A stretch of DNA of 64,000 nt, from contig JBGAHD010000004.1 in NCBI GenBank assembly GCA_044226395.1, positions 577,961 to 641,960 on the forward strand, read 5' to 3'. Below are positions 9,638 to 20,916 of the stretch, in pieces. The notes below the pieces were generated by a model. It had not been told where the DNA came from. It did not search any database and saw only the letters and a program-made list of their open reading frames with translations. Numbering within the stretch: the first letter of the stretch is position 1; each line of letters begins with the position of its first letter. The position numbers and the translations under genes were made by a program. Source of the DNA: Ahniellaceae bacterium (GTDB taxonomy: Bacteria > Pseudomonadota > Gammaproteobacteria > Xanthomonadales > Ahniellaceae).

Positions 9638-9914
9638 TTGCCCATGAGCCGACGTTGCTTCGGTACGCGGGAGTTCAAGGAACACCGCGCCTGACGATTT
9701 CGGTTGCCCGACAAATCGTTGTCGTTGAAGCGACGCGTCTCATCGACGCCTGACCGCGGTTGCCCGCGGAATCCCTCGCGCCTCGCCCCGCCCCACCCGG
9801 ACACTTCAACGTTCGCGCGAATCCGCATCGGCCTGCCGCATGCGGGGGTCCGCGCGCCACGCGACGGAACCCACGTCGAAGTGTCCGGGCACCAACCCGG
9901 CGGCGCCAAGCGCC

Positions 9915-9951
9915 AAAAACAAAAAACCCCTGGAAGCCTAGCCTCCAGGGG
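9915..9951 (-). terminator. rho-independent terminator (minus strand)
   Basis: Plus strand reads AAAAACAAAAAA-CCCCTGGA-AGCCTAGCC-TCCAGGGG. On the minus strand this is an 8-bp GC-rich stem followed by a U-run. It lies ~420 nt downstream of the nadD stop. Confidence 0.5.
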
Positions 9952-10369
9952 TTTGATCAACCCGGAGGCCCGCGAAGCGGGCCTCATGTCCGAGCCCGCT
10001 ATCCGCGCACTTCGCGCACGCACGCATCATTGCCGACGACTTGCAGTCGCGGCGACGATGGGGTGTGGAGGAAACTCGGAACGCGGGTCATAACTTTTCT
10101 GCCTAGCAAAATGAAAGCGCGCGAATGCAGCGCCAATGGGCCGCGCACTATACGCCCACTTTTTGATTCGTCAACGGGGAGATTTCGCGAGCCGACGAAC
10201 GGTGAGTCGTCGCGAGTCCGCGATGCGCGTCGCGATGACGACGTATCGCTTCGAGAAAACATCCTCGATGGACCTGGGAGAATTCAATATCGGAGTCGCG
10301 CTGGCGTCGAGCGGAAACTCCGCGCGAACTTCGCGCCAAGCCGCGCGATCTTGGCAGCGACCCACCGCC

Positions 10370-11008
10370 CTACTCGCGATACAGCCCCTGCGCCGCGATG
10401 TAGTCGACCACCGCATCGGGCATCAAATACCGCGGCTCGCGCCCCTCGCGCAGCAAGTCGCGAATCATCGTCGCCGACAAATCCAACGCCGTGACTTCGA
10501 TTGGCAGGATCGCGCCCGCGGGTTCCGTGCGCAGCATCTCGACATCCTGCACGCGCCGCGCATACCACTCGCCCGCGAGTTCGGCCTCGAACACGCCGCC
10601 ATGACCGGGGCGCGTGAGCACGCCCACGTGCGCGTGCTCGAAGATCTCGCGCCAGCGATGCCAGGTGGAGAATCCCGCGAAGGCATCCGCGCCGACGAGC
10701 AACACCAGCGGCGCGTTCTCGGGCAGTTCCGCGCGCAGGCCAATCACGGTATCGATCGAATACGACGGCCCCGAGCGCAGCAACTCGCGCGCATCGGCGA
10801 TCAATCGCGTTTGTCCGCGCAAGGCGAGTTCGAGCATGGCCAGGCGATGGCCCGCGTCGGCGCCCGGTTGTTCGCGATGCGGGGGCACGGCGGCCGGCAT
10901 CATGCGCACGGTCGCGTCGAGCAGTTCCGCCACTTCGAAGGCCACGCGCAGATGCCCGAAGTGAATCGGATCAAACGTGCCGCCGAAGATCGCCGTGATC
11001 GTCGACAC
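10370..11008 (-). CDS. nadD: nicotinate-nucleotide adenylyltransferase
   Basis: N-terminus MSTITAIFGGTFDPIHFGHL with the (H/T)xGH nucleotidyltransferase motif. ~212 aa. Conserved position after holA. Confidence 0.85.
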   Translation of the reverse strand: MSTITAIFGGTFDPIHFGHLRVAFEVAELLDATVRMMPAAVPPHREQPGADAGHRLAMLELALRGQTRLIADARELLRSGPSYSIDTVIGLRAELPENAPLVLLVGADAFAGFSTWHRWREIFEHAHVGVLTRPGHGGVFEAELAGEWYARRVQDVEMLRTEPAGAILPIEVTALDLSATMIRDLLREGREPRYLMPDAVVDYIAAQGLYRE

Positions 11009-11012
11009 GGCC

Positions 11013-12038
11013 TTAGATCACCGCGCGCGCCAACCGCGGTTCGGTCATGGCCGCGATCAGGCGCTCGAATTCGCGCCAGGCATCGCCGGCCGCGCGGCCT
11101 TTGCCGACGCGTTCGACGCGCGTGGCCAGCGCCAGCAGCGCTTCCCAATACGAGGTGCGGCCGCGCGTCAGCGCCGCGCGATACAGCCCGAAACGCGATT
11201 GCCACACGCGTTCGTTGCGCAGCGCCGTGTCGGCACTCTGGCCCGCTTCGACCGTGTTGGCCAGGCGCACCATGATGTTGAGCTGGGTGACGATCCACGA
11301 CAGCAGCTGCGGCACGTGTTCGCCCTCGGCCTTGAGCGCCGCGACCATGCGCAACGCGCGCACGGTCTCGCCCGCGAGCGCCGCGTCGGCGAGCCGGAAC
11401 ACATCGAAGCGCGCGCTGTCGGCGACCAGTTCCTCGAGCGCATCGGCGTCGAGCATGCGACCACCGGCCAGCAGCACGAGCTTTTCGATTTCCTGCGCCG
11501 CCGCCAGCAGATTGCCCTCGACGCGTTCGATCAACAGCGCCACGGCGTCATTGCTGAGCTTGAGCCCGGCCTTGATCGCGCGCGCCGCGATCCAGCCGGG
11601 CAGATCCTGCGGCCGCAACGGCCAGAACGGCACGAAGGCGCCGGCGCGTTCGACCGCGTCGACCCAGGCGGTTTCGTGGGCCTTGCTCCAATTGGTCGAG
11701 GTGATCAACAACACCGTGTCCGGCGGCGGCCGTTCCACGAAAGCGATGATCGCCTCCGAGCCTTCCTTGCCGGGCTTTCCCGTGGGCAGACGCAAATCGA
11801 TCACGCGCCGCGCGCCGAACAGCGACAGGCTCGCGCCCGCGCGCGCCAAATCGTTCCAATCGAAGCCGGACTCGACTTCGTAGACTTCGCGTTCGTCATA
11901 GGCCAGTTGCCGCGCGCGCGCACGAATGGCGTCGGCGGCTTCGAGCAGGAGCAGATGCTCCTCGCCCGCGAGCAGATACACCGGCTTGAGATCGCCGCCG
12001 GCGAGGTGCTTATCCAGTTGCGCGGGCGTCCAGGGCAT
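11013..12038 (-). CDS. holA: DNA polymerase III subunit delta
   Basis: 341 aa. N-terminus LKPVYLLAGEEHLLLLEAADAIR typical of HolA. Conserved lptE-holA-nadD order. Confidence 0.8.
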   Translation of the reverse strand: MPWTPAQLDKHLAGGDLKPVYLLAGEEHLLLLEAADAIRARARQLAYDEREVYEVESGFDWNDLARAGASLSLFGARRVIDLRLPTGKPGKEGSEAIIAFVERPPPDTVLLITSTNWSKAHETAWVDAVERAGAFVPFWPLRPQDLPGWIAARAIKAGLKLSNDAVALLIERVEGNLLAAAQEIEKLVLLAGGRMLDADALEELVADSARFDVFRLADAALAGETVRALRMVAALKAEGEHVPQLLSWIVTQLNIMVRLANTVEAGQSADTALRNERVWQSRFGLYRAALTRGRTSYWEALLALATRVERVGKGRAAGDAWREFERLIAAMTEPRLARAVI

Positions 12039-12048
12039 CGCCCGACGC

Positions 12049-12549
12049 TCAGTGCACGGTTTCGAGGCGGTTGATCACTTGCTGCGTCATCTCGCGACGC
12101 AGCTCCTTGCGGATCAGGTCTTCCTCGGCGGCGGCGCCGAGTGCTTGCGTCTCGTCGAAGCTGTAATCGCGCGTCAGATCGATCGGCGTGCGCGCGAGCA
12201 GCGCCTGGCCCGCGGGACCGGCGACTTCGACTTCGACGTGATAACGAATCGTGTATTCGGTCACGCGCGCGCGACCGCTGGCGGAGAGCACCTCGGTCGA
12301 CATCTGATCGGCGACGATGCGCACCGCGCCCACGCCTTCGGTGGCGGCCGGCACGATCTTGGCGCCGGCGCGTTCGAGCGCCGCGCGCACGTCGCGCTGC
12401 AAGGGGCTGTAGGGGTCGACGCTGTCGACGCTCACTTGTCGCAGCGCGTCCGGCAGGCGCAGTTCCGCGCGCGGATGAAACCCGCAGGCGCCCAGCGTGC
12501 CCACGACCAGACCCGCCACCATCGCTCGCACCCACACACGCTTGCTCAT
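12049..12549 (-). CDS. lptE: LPS-assembly lipoprotein LptE
   Basis: Lipoprotein signal MSKRVWVRAMVAGLVVGTLGAC. Located immediately downstream of leuS as in most Gammaproteobacteria. Confidence 0.7.
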   Translation of the reverse strand: MSKRVWVRAMVAGLVVGTLGACGFHPRAELRLPDALRQVSVDSVDPYSPLQRDVRAALERAGAKIVPAATEGVGAVRIVADQMSTEVLSASGRARVTEYTIRYHVEVEVAGPAGQALLARTPIDLTRDYSFDETQALGAAAEEDLIRKELRREMTQQVINRLETVH

Positions 12550-12580
12550 CGGTTTCGCCCGCCGTCTTCGGTCGTGGTGA

Positions 12581-15184
12581 TCACAGCACAATATTGACGA
12601 TCTTGCCCGGCACCACGATCACTTTCTTGATCGTCTGCCCGGTGGTGAACTTCTGCACGGCCGGATCGGCCAGCGCTTGCTGTTCGATCGCGTCCTTGGT
12701 CGCATTGACCGGCACTTCGATCTCGGCGCGCAGCTTGCCGTTGACTTGAATGGCGAGCTTGAGCGCGTCACGCACCAGCGCGGCCGGATCGGCCTTGGGA
12801 TAGGGCAGATCGTCGAGCAAGGTCTCGGCATGCCCCAAGGCCTGCCACAACGCGTGACTGGCGTGCGGCACGATCGGGTTCAACAGCAGCACGATGGCTT
12901 CGAAGGCTTCCTGGCGCAACGCGCGCGCCTGATCCGACGTTTCCTCGAAGCGGCCGATGGCGTTCATCAACTCCATCACCGCGGCGATGGCGGTGTTGAA
13001 GGTGTAGCGACGCGCCACGTCGTCGGCGACTTTGTCGATGGTCTCGTGCAGCTTGCGTCGCAGGGTCTTTTGATCGCCCGTGAGCGCGGCGACATCGAGC
13101 TTCGGCGCCGAGCCTTGGCTGACGTGCAAATAGATCTCGCGCCACAGGCGACGCAGAAAACGCGCCATGCCTTCGACGCCATTGTCCGACCACTCCAGCG
13201 ACAGCTCCGGCGGCGAGGCGAACATCGAGTACAGCCGCACGGTATCGGCACCGAAGGACTCGACCATCTGACGCGGGTCGACGCCGTTGTTCTTCGACTT
13301 CGACATCTTCTCGACCGGACCGATGTGCACGGGCTGGCCATCGTCGCGCAGGCGCGCGCCGATGATCTTGCCGCGCTCGTCGAGTTCGACATCGACGTCG
13401 CCGGGGTTGAACCATTCCTTGTTGCCGTCGGCGGCCTCGCGATAGTACGACTCGGCCACGACCATGCCCTGACACAACAAGCGCGTCGCCGGCTCGTCGG
13501 TCTTGACCATGCCCGCGTCGCGCAGCAGCTTGTGATAGAAGCGGAAATACAGCAGATGCAGGATCGCGTGCTCGATGCCGCCGATGTATTGATCGACCGG
13601 CAGCCAGTAGTTGGCGCGTTCGTCGATCATGTCGGCGGCGCCGGGCGATGTGTAGCGCGCGTAATACCAGCTCGACTCCATGAAGGTGTCGAAGGTATCG
13701 GTCTCGCGTTCGGCCTCGCCACCGCAAGTCGGGCACGTGGTCTTGCGCCAATTCGGATCGGCCTTGATCGGCGATTGCACGCCCATGAAGTCGACGTCCT
13801 CGGGCAGACGCACGGGCAATTGATCTTCCGGCACCGGCACCGCGCCGCATTTCGCGCAGTGAATCATCGGGATCGGACAACCCCAATAACGCTGACGGCT
13901 CACGCCCCAGTCGCGCAGACGGAAGTTGACGCGACGACGACCGCGACCTTCGCGCTCGAAGCGCGCGGCCAGATGGTCGAAGGCCTGCTTGTAACTCTTG
14001 CCATCCAACTCGCCGGAATTGACCACGCGCAACTGCGGCTGAGTCTTGTCGGCGTACCACGCCTGCCATTGCGTGGCGTCATACGGATGCTGGTCGCCGA
14101 TCGAGATCACTTGCTTGATCGGCAGGCCGTATTTGCGCGCGAATTCGAAATCGCGCTCGTCATGACCGGGCACGGCCATCACCGCGCCAGTTCCGTAGCC
14201 CATCAGCACGAAATTCGCGACCCAGATCGGCACGCGCTCGCCGCTGATCGGATGGATGGCGTGCAAGCCAGTGGCGATGCCGCGCTTGTCCTGCGTTTCC
14301 AGTTCGGCCTCGGACACGCCGCCCGCGCGACACGCGGCATTGAACGCGGCCACGTCGGCATTGCGCTCGGCCGCGAGCACGGCCAGCGGATGTTCGGCGG
14401 CGACGGCGACATAGGTCACGCCCATCAAGGTGTCGGGGCGCGTGGTGAACACGGTCAGCGGTTCGGACTGACCGTCGACGGCGAACTGGATTTCCAGGCC
14501 TTCGGAACGGCCGATCCAGTTGCGCTGCATGGTCTTGACCGCCTCGGGCCAGCCGTCGAGCTTGTCCAACTCGTCGAGCAGTTCCTGGCCGTAGTCGGTG
14601 ATCTTGAGAAACCACTGCGGGATCTCGCGCTTTTCGACGATCGCGCCCGAGCGCCAGCCGCGACCCTCGACGACCTGTTCATTGGCGAGCACGGTCTGAT
14701 CGACCGGGTCCCAATTCACCACGGAATTGCGGCGATAGACGATGCCGGATTTGAACAGACGCACGAACATGCGCTGCTCGTGCACGTAGTACTCGGGCCG
14801 ACACGTGGCGAACTCGCGCGACCAATCGATGGCATAGCCCATCTGATTGAGCTGGTCGCGCATGTGATCGATGTTGGCGTAGGTCCACTTGGCCGGCGCG
14901 GTCTTGTGCTTGATCGCGGCGTTCTCGGCCGGCAGACCGAAGGCGTCCCACCCCATCGGTTGCAGCACATTGAAACCCTGCATGCGCTTGTGACGCGAGA
15001 TCACGTCGCCGATGGTGTAGTTGCGCACATGGCCCATGTGCAGCGCGCCGGAGGGATAAGGCAGCATCGACATGCAGAAATACTTCGGCTTGGTCGAGCG
15101 CTCGCTTACCTCGAAGGCGCGCGTGCGCCGCCAAAAGTCCTGGGCGGCCGTTTCAACGGCCTTGGGATCGTAGATTTCTTGCAT
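12581..15184 (-). CDS. leuS: leucine--tRNA ligase
   Basis: 867 aa. HMGH (HIGH-type) motif and KMSKS motif present ([13 protein letters not shown]). N-terminus [18 protein letters not shown]. Confidence 0.95.
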   Translation of the reverse strand: MQEIYDPKAVETAAQDFWRRTRAFEVSERSTKPKYFCMSMLPYPSGALHMGHVRNYTIGDVISRHKRMQGFNVLQPMGWDAFGLPAENAAIKHKTAPAKWTYANIDHMRDQLNQMGYAIDWSREFATCRPEYYVHEQRMFVRLFKSGIVYRRNSVVNWDPVDQTVLANEQVVEGRGWRSGAIVEKREIPQWFLKITDYGQELLDELDKLDGWPEAVKTMQRNWIGRSEGLEIQFAVDGQSEPLTVFTTRPDTLMGVTYVAVAAEHPLAVLAAERNADVAAFNAACRAGGVSEAELETQDKRGIATGLHAIHPISGERVPIWVANFVLMGYGTGAVMAVPGHDERDFEFARKYGLPIKQVISIGDQHPYDATQWQAWYADKTQPQLRVVNSGELDGKSYKQAFDHLAARFEREGRGRRRVNFRLRDWGVSRQRYWGCPIPMIHCAKCGAVPVPEDQLPVRLPEDVDFMGVQSPIKADPNWRKTTCPTCGGEAERETDTFDTFMESSWYYARYTSPGAADMIDERANYWLPVDQYIGGIEHAILHLLYFRFYHKLLRDAGMVKTDEPATRLLCQGMVVAESYYREAADGNKEWFNPGDVDVELDERGKIIGARLRDDGQPVHIGPVEKMSKSKNNGVDPRQMVESFGADTVRLYSMFASPPELSLEWSDNGVEGMARFLRRLWREIYLHVSQGSAPKLDVAALTGDQKTLRRKLHETIDKVADDVARRYTFNTAIAAVMELMNAIGRFEETSDQARALRQEAFEAIVLLLNPIVPHASHALWQALGHAETLLDDLPYPKADPAALVRDALKLAIQVNGKLRAEIEVPVNATKDAIEQQALADPAVQKFTTGQTIKKVIVVPGKIVNIVL

Positions 15185-15415
15185 GGCGGGCAGTCGCGAA
15201 CCACAACGGAATCGGGTCAGCGAGACTAGCGGAAGACGCGTCCCAGCGAAACCCGGCGGGCCAATAAATCCAGGCCAATCATCGCCTTGCCGAGTCCCCG
15301 AGGGCGCGTTCGGCGGCCGCCTCGGAGCCCGCGTCCCGCGCCGCGCTGATAGTCGACCCCGAACCCTGACGCATCACTGCCCGATAACGCGCGTCGCCAC
15401 GACGCGCGAAACGCT

Positions 15416-16723
15416 TTGCGCCACCGAGGCCCCGTGAGCACGTCGATTACGTTTTGGAACCACGCCTGCATCGAAATCGCCCTGAGCGACGGCAGCCTGT
15501 TGTGCGATCCCTGGTTCTCCGGCCGCGTGTACAACGACGCCTGGGAACTGCTCGAAGAGACCGACATCCAGGCCCTGGTGCTGGGTCGCATTCGACACGT
15601 CTGGATCTCGCAGGAACAGCCCGATCATCTGCACTTGTCGACCCTGCGCCAGATCCGCGCGGGCTGCTCGCAGCCGATCACGGTGTACTTTCGCGAGAGC
15701 GCGGATGCGACCTTGACCGCCGCCGTGCGCGCGCTCGGGTATCAGACTCAAGTGCTGCGCGCCGAAGTGCCGGTGCGGCTCGATGATGACAGCGAGATCT
15801 GGTGTTATCCCACGCGCGCGAGCAGCGCCTTGGTGGTGCGTCATCGCGACGAGGTGATCCTCAATCAAAGCGATTGCGCGCTGGGCCGGTCCGCGATCTC
15901 GCGGTTATTGGCGCGGCACGGCAAGGTCGATGTCTGGTGCTATCAGTTCTCGCCGCCGGGCCGACCGACGCGCGATGACGATCGCGCGGCGCTGGCCCGC
16001 GCGGGTCGCTCGCGGCTGCGACGCATCGCGCGTTATCTTCGCTGGCTGAGGCCGCGGGTGTTCGTGCCGTTCGCGAGCTTCGTGCGCTATTGCCATCCGC
16101 GCAATCTCTATCTCAATCGCTGGCGCGTGACGCCGGATCGCTTGCTCCAAGACCTGCCGTTCGACTGCACGACCTTGCGCCTGCTGCGACCTGGCGACAT
16201 CGTGCTCGCCGATGGCACGCACGACGTGCCCGACGCCACGGCGGCCGTGAGCTATTGGCGCAATCTGTTCGGCAAAGTCGCTTCGCCGCGAACGCTGACG
16301 CCCATCGCGGTCGAGGCGCTCGATGAAGTCGGCCGCCGCAGCGTGGCGCAGATCGCCACGATTTGGCCGCGGCTCGCGGTACCGGGGCGCGTTTTCGTGC
16401 AGGTCGATGATCTGCGGCTGCACGCGATGATCGATTGCCGCGCGGGCACTTTCGCGCTGAGCGAGCAGCCGACCTCGCCGCCAATCGCCGTGCTCGATGC
16501 CTCGACCTTGATGCTGTTGCTGCGTTATCCCTGGGGCGCGAGCACCATCGACATGGCCAGCACGGTCAACGTGCGCGATGCGTTTCGCTGGCGCTGGTTG
16601 CTGTCGGTGCGTCAGGTCGATCATCAGCGCGCGCATCTGGGCCGATGGCGCGCCTTCCTGCCCTTGGCGCTGGCCATGTTCTCAACCATGCGCGGGCGCT
16701 TTCATCACGCGTCGCGCGCCTGA
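15416..16723 (+). CDS. hypothetical protein with N-terminal MBL-fold metallo-hydrolase-like domain
   Basis: N-terminus ITFWNHACIEI ... DPWFSG ... HVWISQEQPDHLH resembles the Lactamase_B_2/UPF0173-type fold with a degenerate His motif. C-terminal half unassigned. Confidence 0.4.
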   Translation: MRHRGPVSTSITFWNHACIEIALSDGSLLCDPWFSGRVYNDAWELLEETDIQALVLGRIRHVWISQEQPDHLHLSTLRQIRAGCSQPITVYFRESADATLTAAVRALGYQTQVLRAEVPVRLDDDSEIWCYPTRASSALVVRHRDEVILNQSDCALGRSAISRLLARHGKVDVWCYQFSPPGRPTRDDDRAALARAGRSRLRRIARYLRWLRPRVFVPFASFVRYCHPRNLYLNRWRVTPDRLLQDLPFDCTTLRLLRPGDIVLADGTHDVPDATAAVSYWRNLFGKVASPRTLTPIAVEALDEVGRRSVAQIATIWPRLAVPGRVFVQVDDLRLHAMIDCRAGTFALSEQPTSPPIAVLDASTLMLLLRYPWGASTIDMASTVNVRDAFRWRWLLSVRQVDHQRAHLGRWRAFLPLALAMFSTMRGRFHHASRA

Positions 16724-16780
16724 AAACAAAGGCCCGTCCGACGGTCGATGTCGAACGGGCCTCGTGTCATCACGCGATGC

Positions 16781-19557
16781 TCAGCGCGTCTTCATCGGCG
16801 TATAGCTGGGATCGACGAAGACTGAAACCGGGTTGTAACTCAGGCGACCGCCGCTGGCGATCATCTCGCGCCAGACAAAGACTTCGCCCGAGGACTGATC
16901 CCACCACGTGATGCCGGACTGGCCGTAGTCCGGATCGCCCGCGACCGCCAGATGCGCGGGGCCGATGATGTAGTGCTTGCCGCCGCGCGCGCGATCGACG
17001 GCGCGATCGATCACCTTGCCGGCGCCCATGTACCAGATCTCGACCGTGCCTTGCGATTCCTCGTACCACGCCACGTCCTCGACGCCATCGCCATTGAAAT
17101 CACCGGCGGCGGCCGCGAGCAAACCGGTCGGCACGGGCGGGCCCTGGATCTCGGACAGCATGCGCGGACCATCCATCAACCAGACATAGGTGCGCGAGCC
17201 GGAGGGATCTCGCCACATCAGATCCTGACGACCATCGCCGTTGAAATCACCGGTGATGGTGACGCGGAACTCGGGCTTGGGCGGCAACATGTCGAAGCGT
17301 TCGCAGTTGTCACGCTCGAACACGCAGCTGACCATGTTGTGCGCGGCGCGGCTCGGGTCGTAGGTCAAGGCATCCATGCGCGAATCGCCGTCGAACAAGG
17401 TGAAATCGACGATACGATCGGTGCTCTTGAGCGAATTCGACACCACTGGATCGACGCGATTGTTGATCACGTCGTACAGCAGGAAATCGGTGTTGGCCGG
17501 ATCGTCCGTGACCAGTCGATCGAGCCGCTCGTCACGGAACTGCGCGGCATCGAGATAGCGCGCGCCCATTGGCGCTGTCACCTGCATCCAGCTGCCACGC
17601 GTGTTGTCCACCTCGAAGTCGCTGGCACCAACGCGCTGACGCGTGAATGAAGTCAGGCGATAGTCGATCAATGCCGAGGCCGGACGGAACACGACGACCT
17701 CGCGACGATCTTCACTGCCGCGGAATCGCGAGTCACCCAAGTATGTCGCGCGAATCGCATACGCGCCGGCTCGCGGCAAAGGATTGGCCAACGACAACGT
17801 CGCCACGCCGGCCGACAGTGGCGTCGTGCCCAGCGCATCGCTGCGACCATCGGTGTCGAGGAAGAACGCGACATTGCCCATCGGCGTGCCGCCGTTCGCG
17901 CTGACCTTGGCCGAGATGCGAATGCTCGGGTCCGTCGCCGGCACGTGGGTCGGCAGCGAGGTCACCATCGTCGTCGTGGGCACCAGCGCCTGGATCGGCT
18001 GACACGCGGAGAACTCCGACGAATTGGTCGGCGTCTCGGGCACGCCATCGCCATCGAGATCGGCGATCTCGGTCGCGATCGCGGTCATGAAGGTGCCGGG
18101 ACGAAGGCCGCCGAGCGGCGCTTGCGTGGTTTGCGCGCTGGCCCCGACCTTGCCATTGCCGTCGGTGACCACGCGCGTCTCGCCCAGGAACATGTCCGAG
18201 CCGCCGAAGCCGATGGGCAGGCACGAGGACGTGAGGAAGAACTCGATGCGATACGTCTTATTCGCCTCGCTCATCAGCTCGAAATCGACGCGGCCGGTTT
18301 CGTTGGCGTAGGTCAGCACGGGCTTGTTCTGCAGATTGTTGGCGCCGGTGTCGACGTCGAGGCCGTCATTGATGCGCGGCATGAACTGACTGTTGGCATC
18401 GATGCCGATCGCGGTGTAGGCGACGTCGTTGATCAAGTTGCGCGAGAGCTGATTGCCGGTGCCGGCGACTTCCGGCGGCGACGTGCGGGCGTCGCCGAGC
18501 AGGATGCCGTAGTTCGCGCGGGCGATGCGGTTGTCGATCATCGCCGTGTTGGTGACGCCGCGACTCAGGCGAATGCCGCCGTCCAGATTCGGACCCGGCG
18601 TCGCCCACAGGTCGAGACCGAGGGTGTTACCAATGATCGTATTGTTGTTCGACGTCGTGAGCAGGATCAGGATCGCATCGCGGATCGTCTGCGTGATGCG
18701 ATTGGCCGCGATGCGCGACGAGCGCATGCCGAAGTACGACTGCTGCACGGCCACGCTGTAGGTTCGCGCCAACCGCGCCGGCGCGCCGTAGGCAATGGCG
18801 CCGCTGATGATCGCCTGTCCGCCGATGACATTGCCAAACGACGTCTTGCCGAAGCGATCCATGCCGAACCAGTTGTTCGCGATCGTATGGCCCGATCCGG
18901 TGAGGAGCACGGCGGCGCCACTGGTCTTGGCGACCAGATTGCCATCGCCCAGACCGTTGCCACCGAAGGTTACGCGGTCGGCGCACAGGCCGCCGAAGGC
19001 CGCGTCGATGCCGCTGGTGGTCGAACCATCGGCGCGTAGGCCGAAGTAGCTCGCGCTCACGCGCACGCCGTCGGCCAGCGCGAGCACGGCGGCGCGGCTA
19101 CGCCCGCCAGCGCCGCTGCCAATGAAAGCGATGCCGCTGACCGCGCTGCGTTCGGCGCCGCGCACGAAGGTGAAGGTGCCGCCGTGATTGTCGGGATTGT
19201 CGGCGATGTTGGTGGCATCGATCTCAATCATGATCGTGCCGCCGCCTTGAACCAGTGGCACGACCGAACCCGGCTGCGAGTAGCCTTGCACGATCACGGG
19301 CGCCGTGAATTCCTGATACTCCGACTTCGGCTTGATGGTGAATGGTCCGCTGCCGGCGATCGCGAAACGAATGGTGCTGCGATCGCTGTTGGCGTTGGCG
19401 TCGAGAATGGCCTGACGCAGTGAACCAGCGCCGGCATCACCGACGGTGGTGACCGTGAAAGTGCTCTGAGCCCAAGTCGCGCCGCTCGCCACCGCGAGCA
19501 CGAGCGTCGCGGCGAGCTGCCAGATGCGGTGACGCGGGAATAATCGCTGCGTATCCA
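16781..19557 (-). CDS. large secreted right-handed beta-helix / Ig-like / FG-GAP(VCBS)-repeat protein
   Basis: GTG start 8 nt after a strong AAGGAGGA RBS. Signal peptide RIWQLAATLVLAVASGATWA. Parallel beta-helix-like repeats (NNWFG, NTIIGN). Ig-like segment. C-terminal GDFNGDGxxD FG-GAP-type repeats. Confidence 0.65.
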
Positions 19558-19750
19558 CGAAGTCCTCCTTGCGAACGGATCCGCGGGCAGCCGCGAGCCG
19601 CGGACGTGATGTCCCGCTCGCGCGGTGTCTCGGGATCGGGAATGGTGACGGGGGCGTGCATGCCGCGTCGTGCTTTCTTCTACGCGAGGTGGCGGCGATT
19701 CCCATCATGGGCGTGGGCGCGCCCTTTCGCGACGCGCGACGTGCGCGACG

Positions 19751-19807
19751 CGCGACGTGCGCGACGCGCGACGTGCGCGACGTGCGCGGTGCGGCGCGCG
19801 GCGCGAA
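19751..19807. repeat. tandem 16-bp repeat (GACGCGC+GACGTGCGC) x ~3.5
   Basis: Reads gacgcgcgacgtgcgcgacgcgcgacgtgcgcgacgcgcgacgtgcgcgacgtgcgc. It lies in the intergenic region upstream (5') of the beta-helix protein gene. Confidence 0.6.
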
Positions 19808-19829
19808 GTCGCGCGGTGACGCGGTGAAC

Positions 19830-20849
19830 TCAGTCGTCGCCGAGCGCGGTCCAGCGCGGTTGACGCGCGGCGTCGAGCAAGGCGCGCAGCGTCGCGGCGT
19901 TATCGATGCTTTCGCGATCGAGCGCGGCGCGATCGGCGCGACGGCCATCGATCAGATCGACGAAAGCTTCGGTCTCGCAGCGGAACCCGTGCGGCGGCGC
20001 CGGCAACTCGATGCGATCGAAATCCATGCGCCAGGCCGTGCCGCGGCGGATGTGGATCTCGAACGGTCGCGTCGGATCGGGCGTGTTGGGATAGGTGCTC
20101 TCGATCACGCCCTGCGTGCCGAACACGCGCAACGCGCGATGCGGCGCGTGATCGAAGCTGCACGCGATCTGGCCTTGCACGCCGTCGCCGTAGTCGAGCA
20201 TGGCGCTCAACTCGCGATCGACGCCGCTGGCGTCCCAGTTCGCGAGCGCACACACCTGGCGCGGCGCGCGACCGACCAGGGCACGAAGCGCATTGACCGC
20301 GTAGCAGCCGACATCGAACAGCGCGCCACCTTCGAGCTCGGGATGCAAACGCACGTTCGGGCCTTCGCGCAAGGTGATGCCGAACGTCGCCTGCAACTGA
20401 CGCACGACGCCGATCTCGCCGCCGTGCACGAGGCGCAGCAGTTCCTGAAAGTACGGTTGGAAGCGGTACGGGAAGGCTTCGAGCAGCACGCGTTGTTGGC
20501 GCTCGGCCAGCGCGAACAAGGCGCGCGCGGTCGCGGGCGAACCGGTCAGCGGCTTCTCGCACAACACATGCTTGCCAGCGCGCAATGCGGCCTCGGCCCA
20601 GGGCGCGTGCAAGGCATTGGGCAGCGGGATGTAGAGCGCGTCGAGCTCGGGATCAGCGATCATCGCCTCGTAGCCCACGTGCGCGCGGGGGATGCCGTGC
20701 TCCTCGGCGAAGGCGCGCGCGCGGCTCGCGTCGCGACTGCTCACCGCGTCAATGCGCACGCGCGGGAAATCCTTCGCGCCGGTCAGGAATTCACCGGCGA
20801 TCTTGGCCACGCCCAGAATGCCCATGCGCAGGGGTGGGTGCTTGCTCAT
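19830..20849 (-). CDS. Gfo/Idh/MocA family NAD(P)-dependent oxidoreductase
   Basis: N-terminal Rossmann motif MGILGVAKIAGEF. EKP motif (VLCEKPL) typical of the family. Confidence 0.75.
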   Translation of the reverse strand: MSKHPPLRMGILGVAKIAGEFLTGAKDFPRVRIDAVSSRDASRARAFAEEHGIPRAHVGYEAMIADPELDALYIPLPNALHAPWAEAALRAGKHVLCEKPLTGSPATARALFALAERQQRVLLEAFPYRFQPYFQELLRLVHGGEIGVVRQLQATFGITLREGPNVRLHPELEGGALFDVGCYAVNALRALVGRAPRQVCALANWDASGVDRELSAMLDYGDGVQGQIACSFDHAPHRALRVFGTQGVIESTYPNTPDPTRPFEIHIRRGTAWRMDFDRIELPAPPHGFRCETEAFVDLIDGRRADRAALDRESIDNAATLRALLDAARQPRWTALGDD

Positions 20850-20916
20850 CTCATGCTCCGCGATCGCGACTGCGACTGCGGGCAAGCATAACCGCTGACG
20901 CCGCGGCGGGCGCGCC

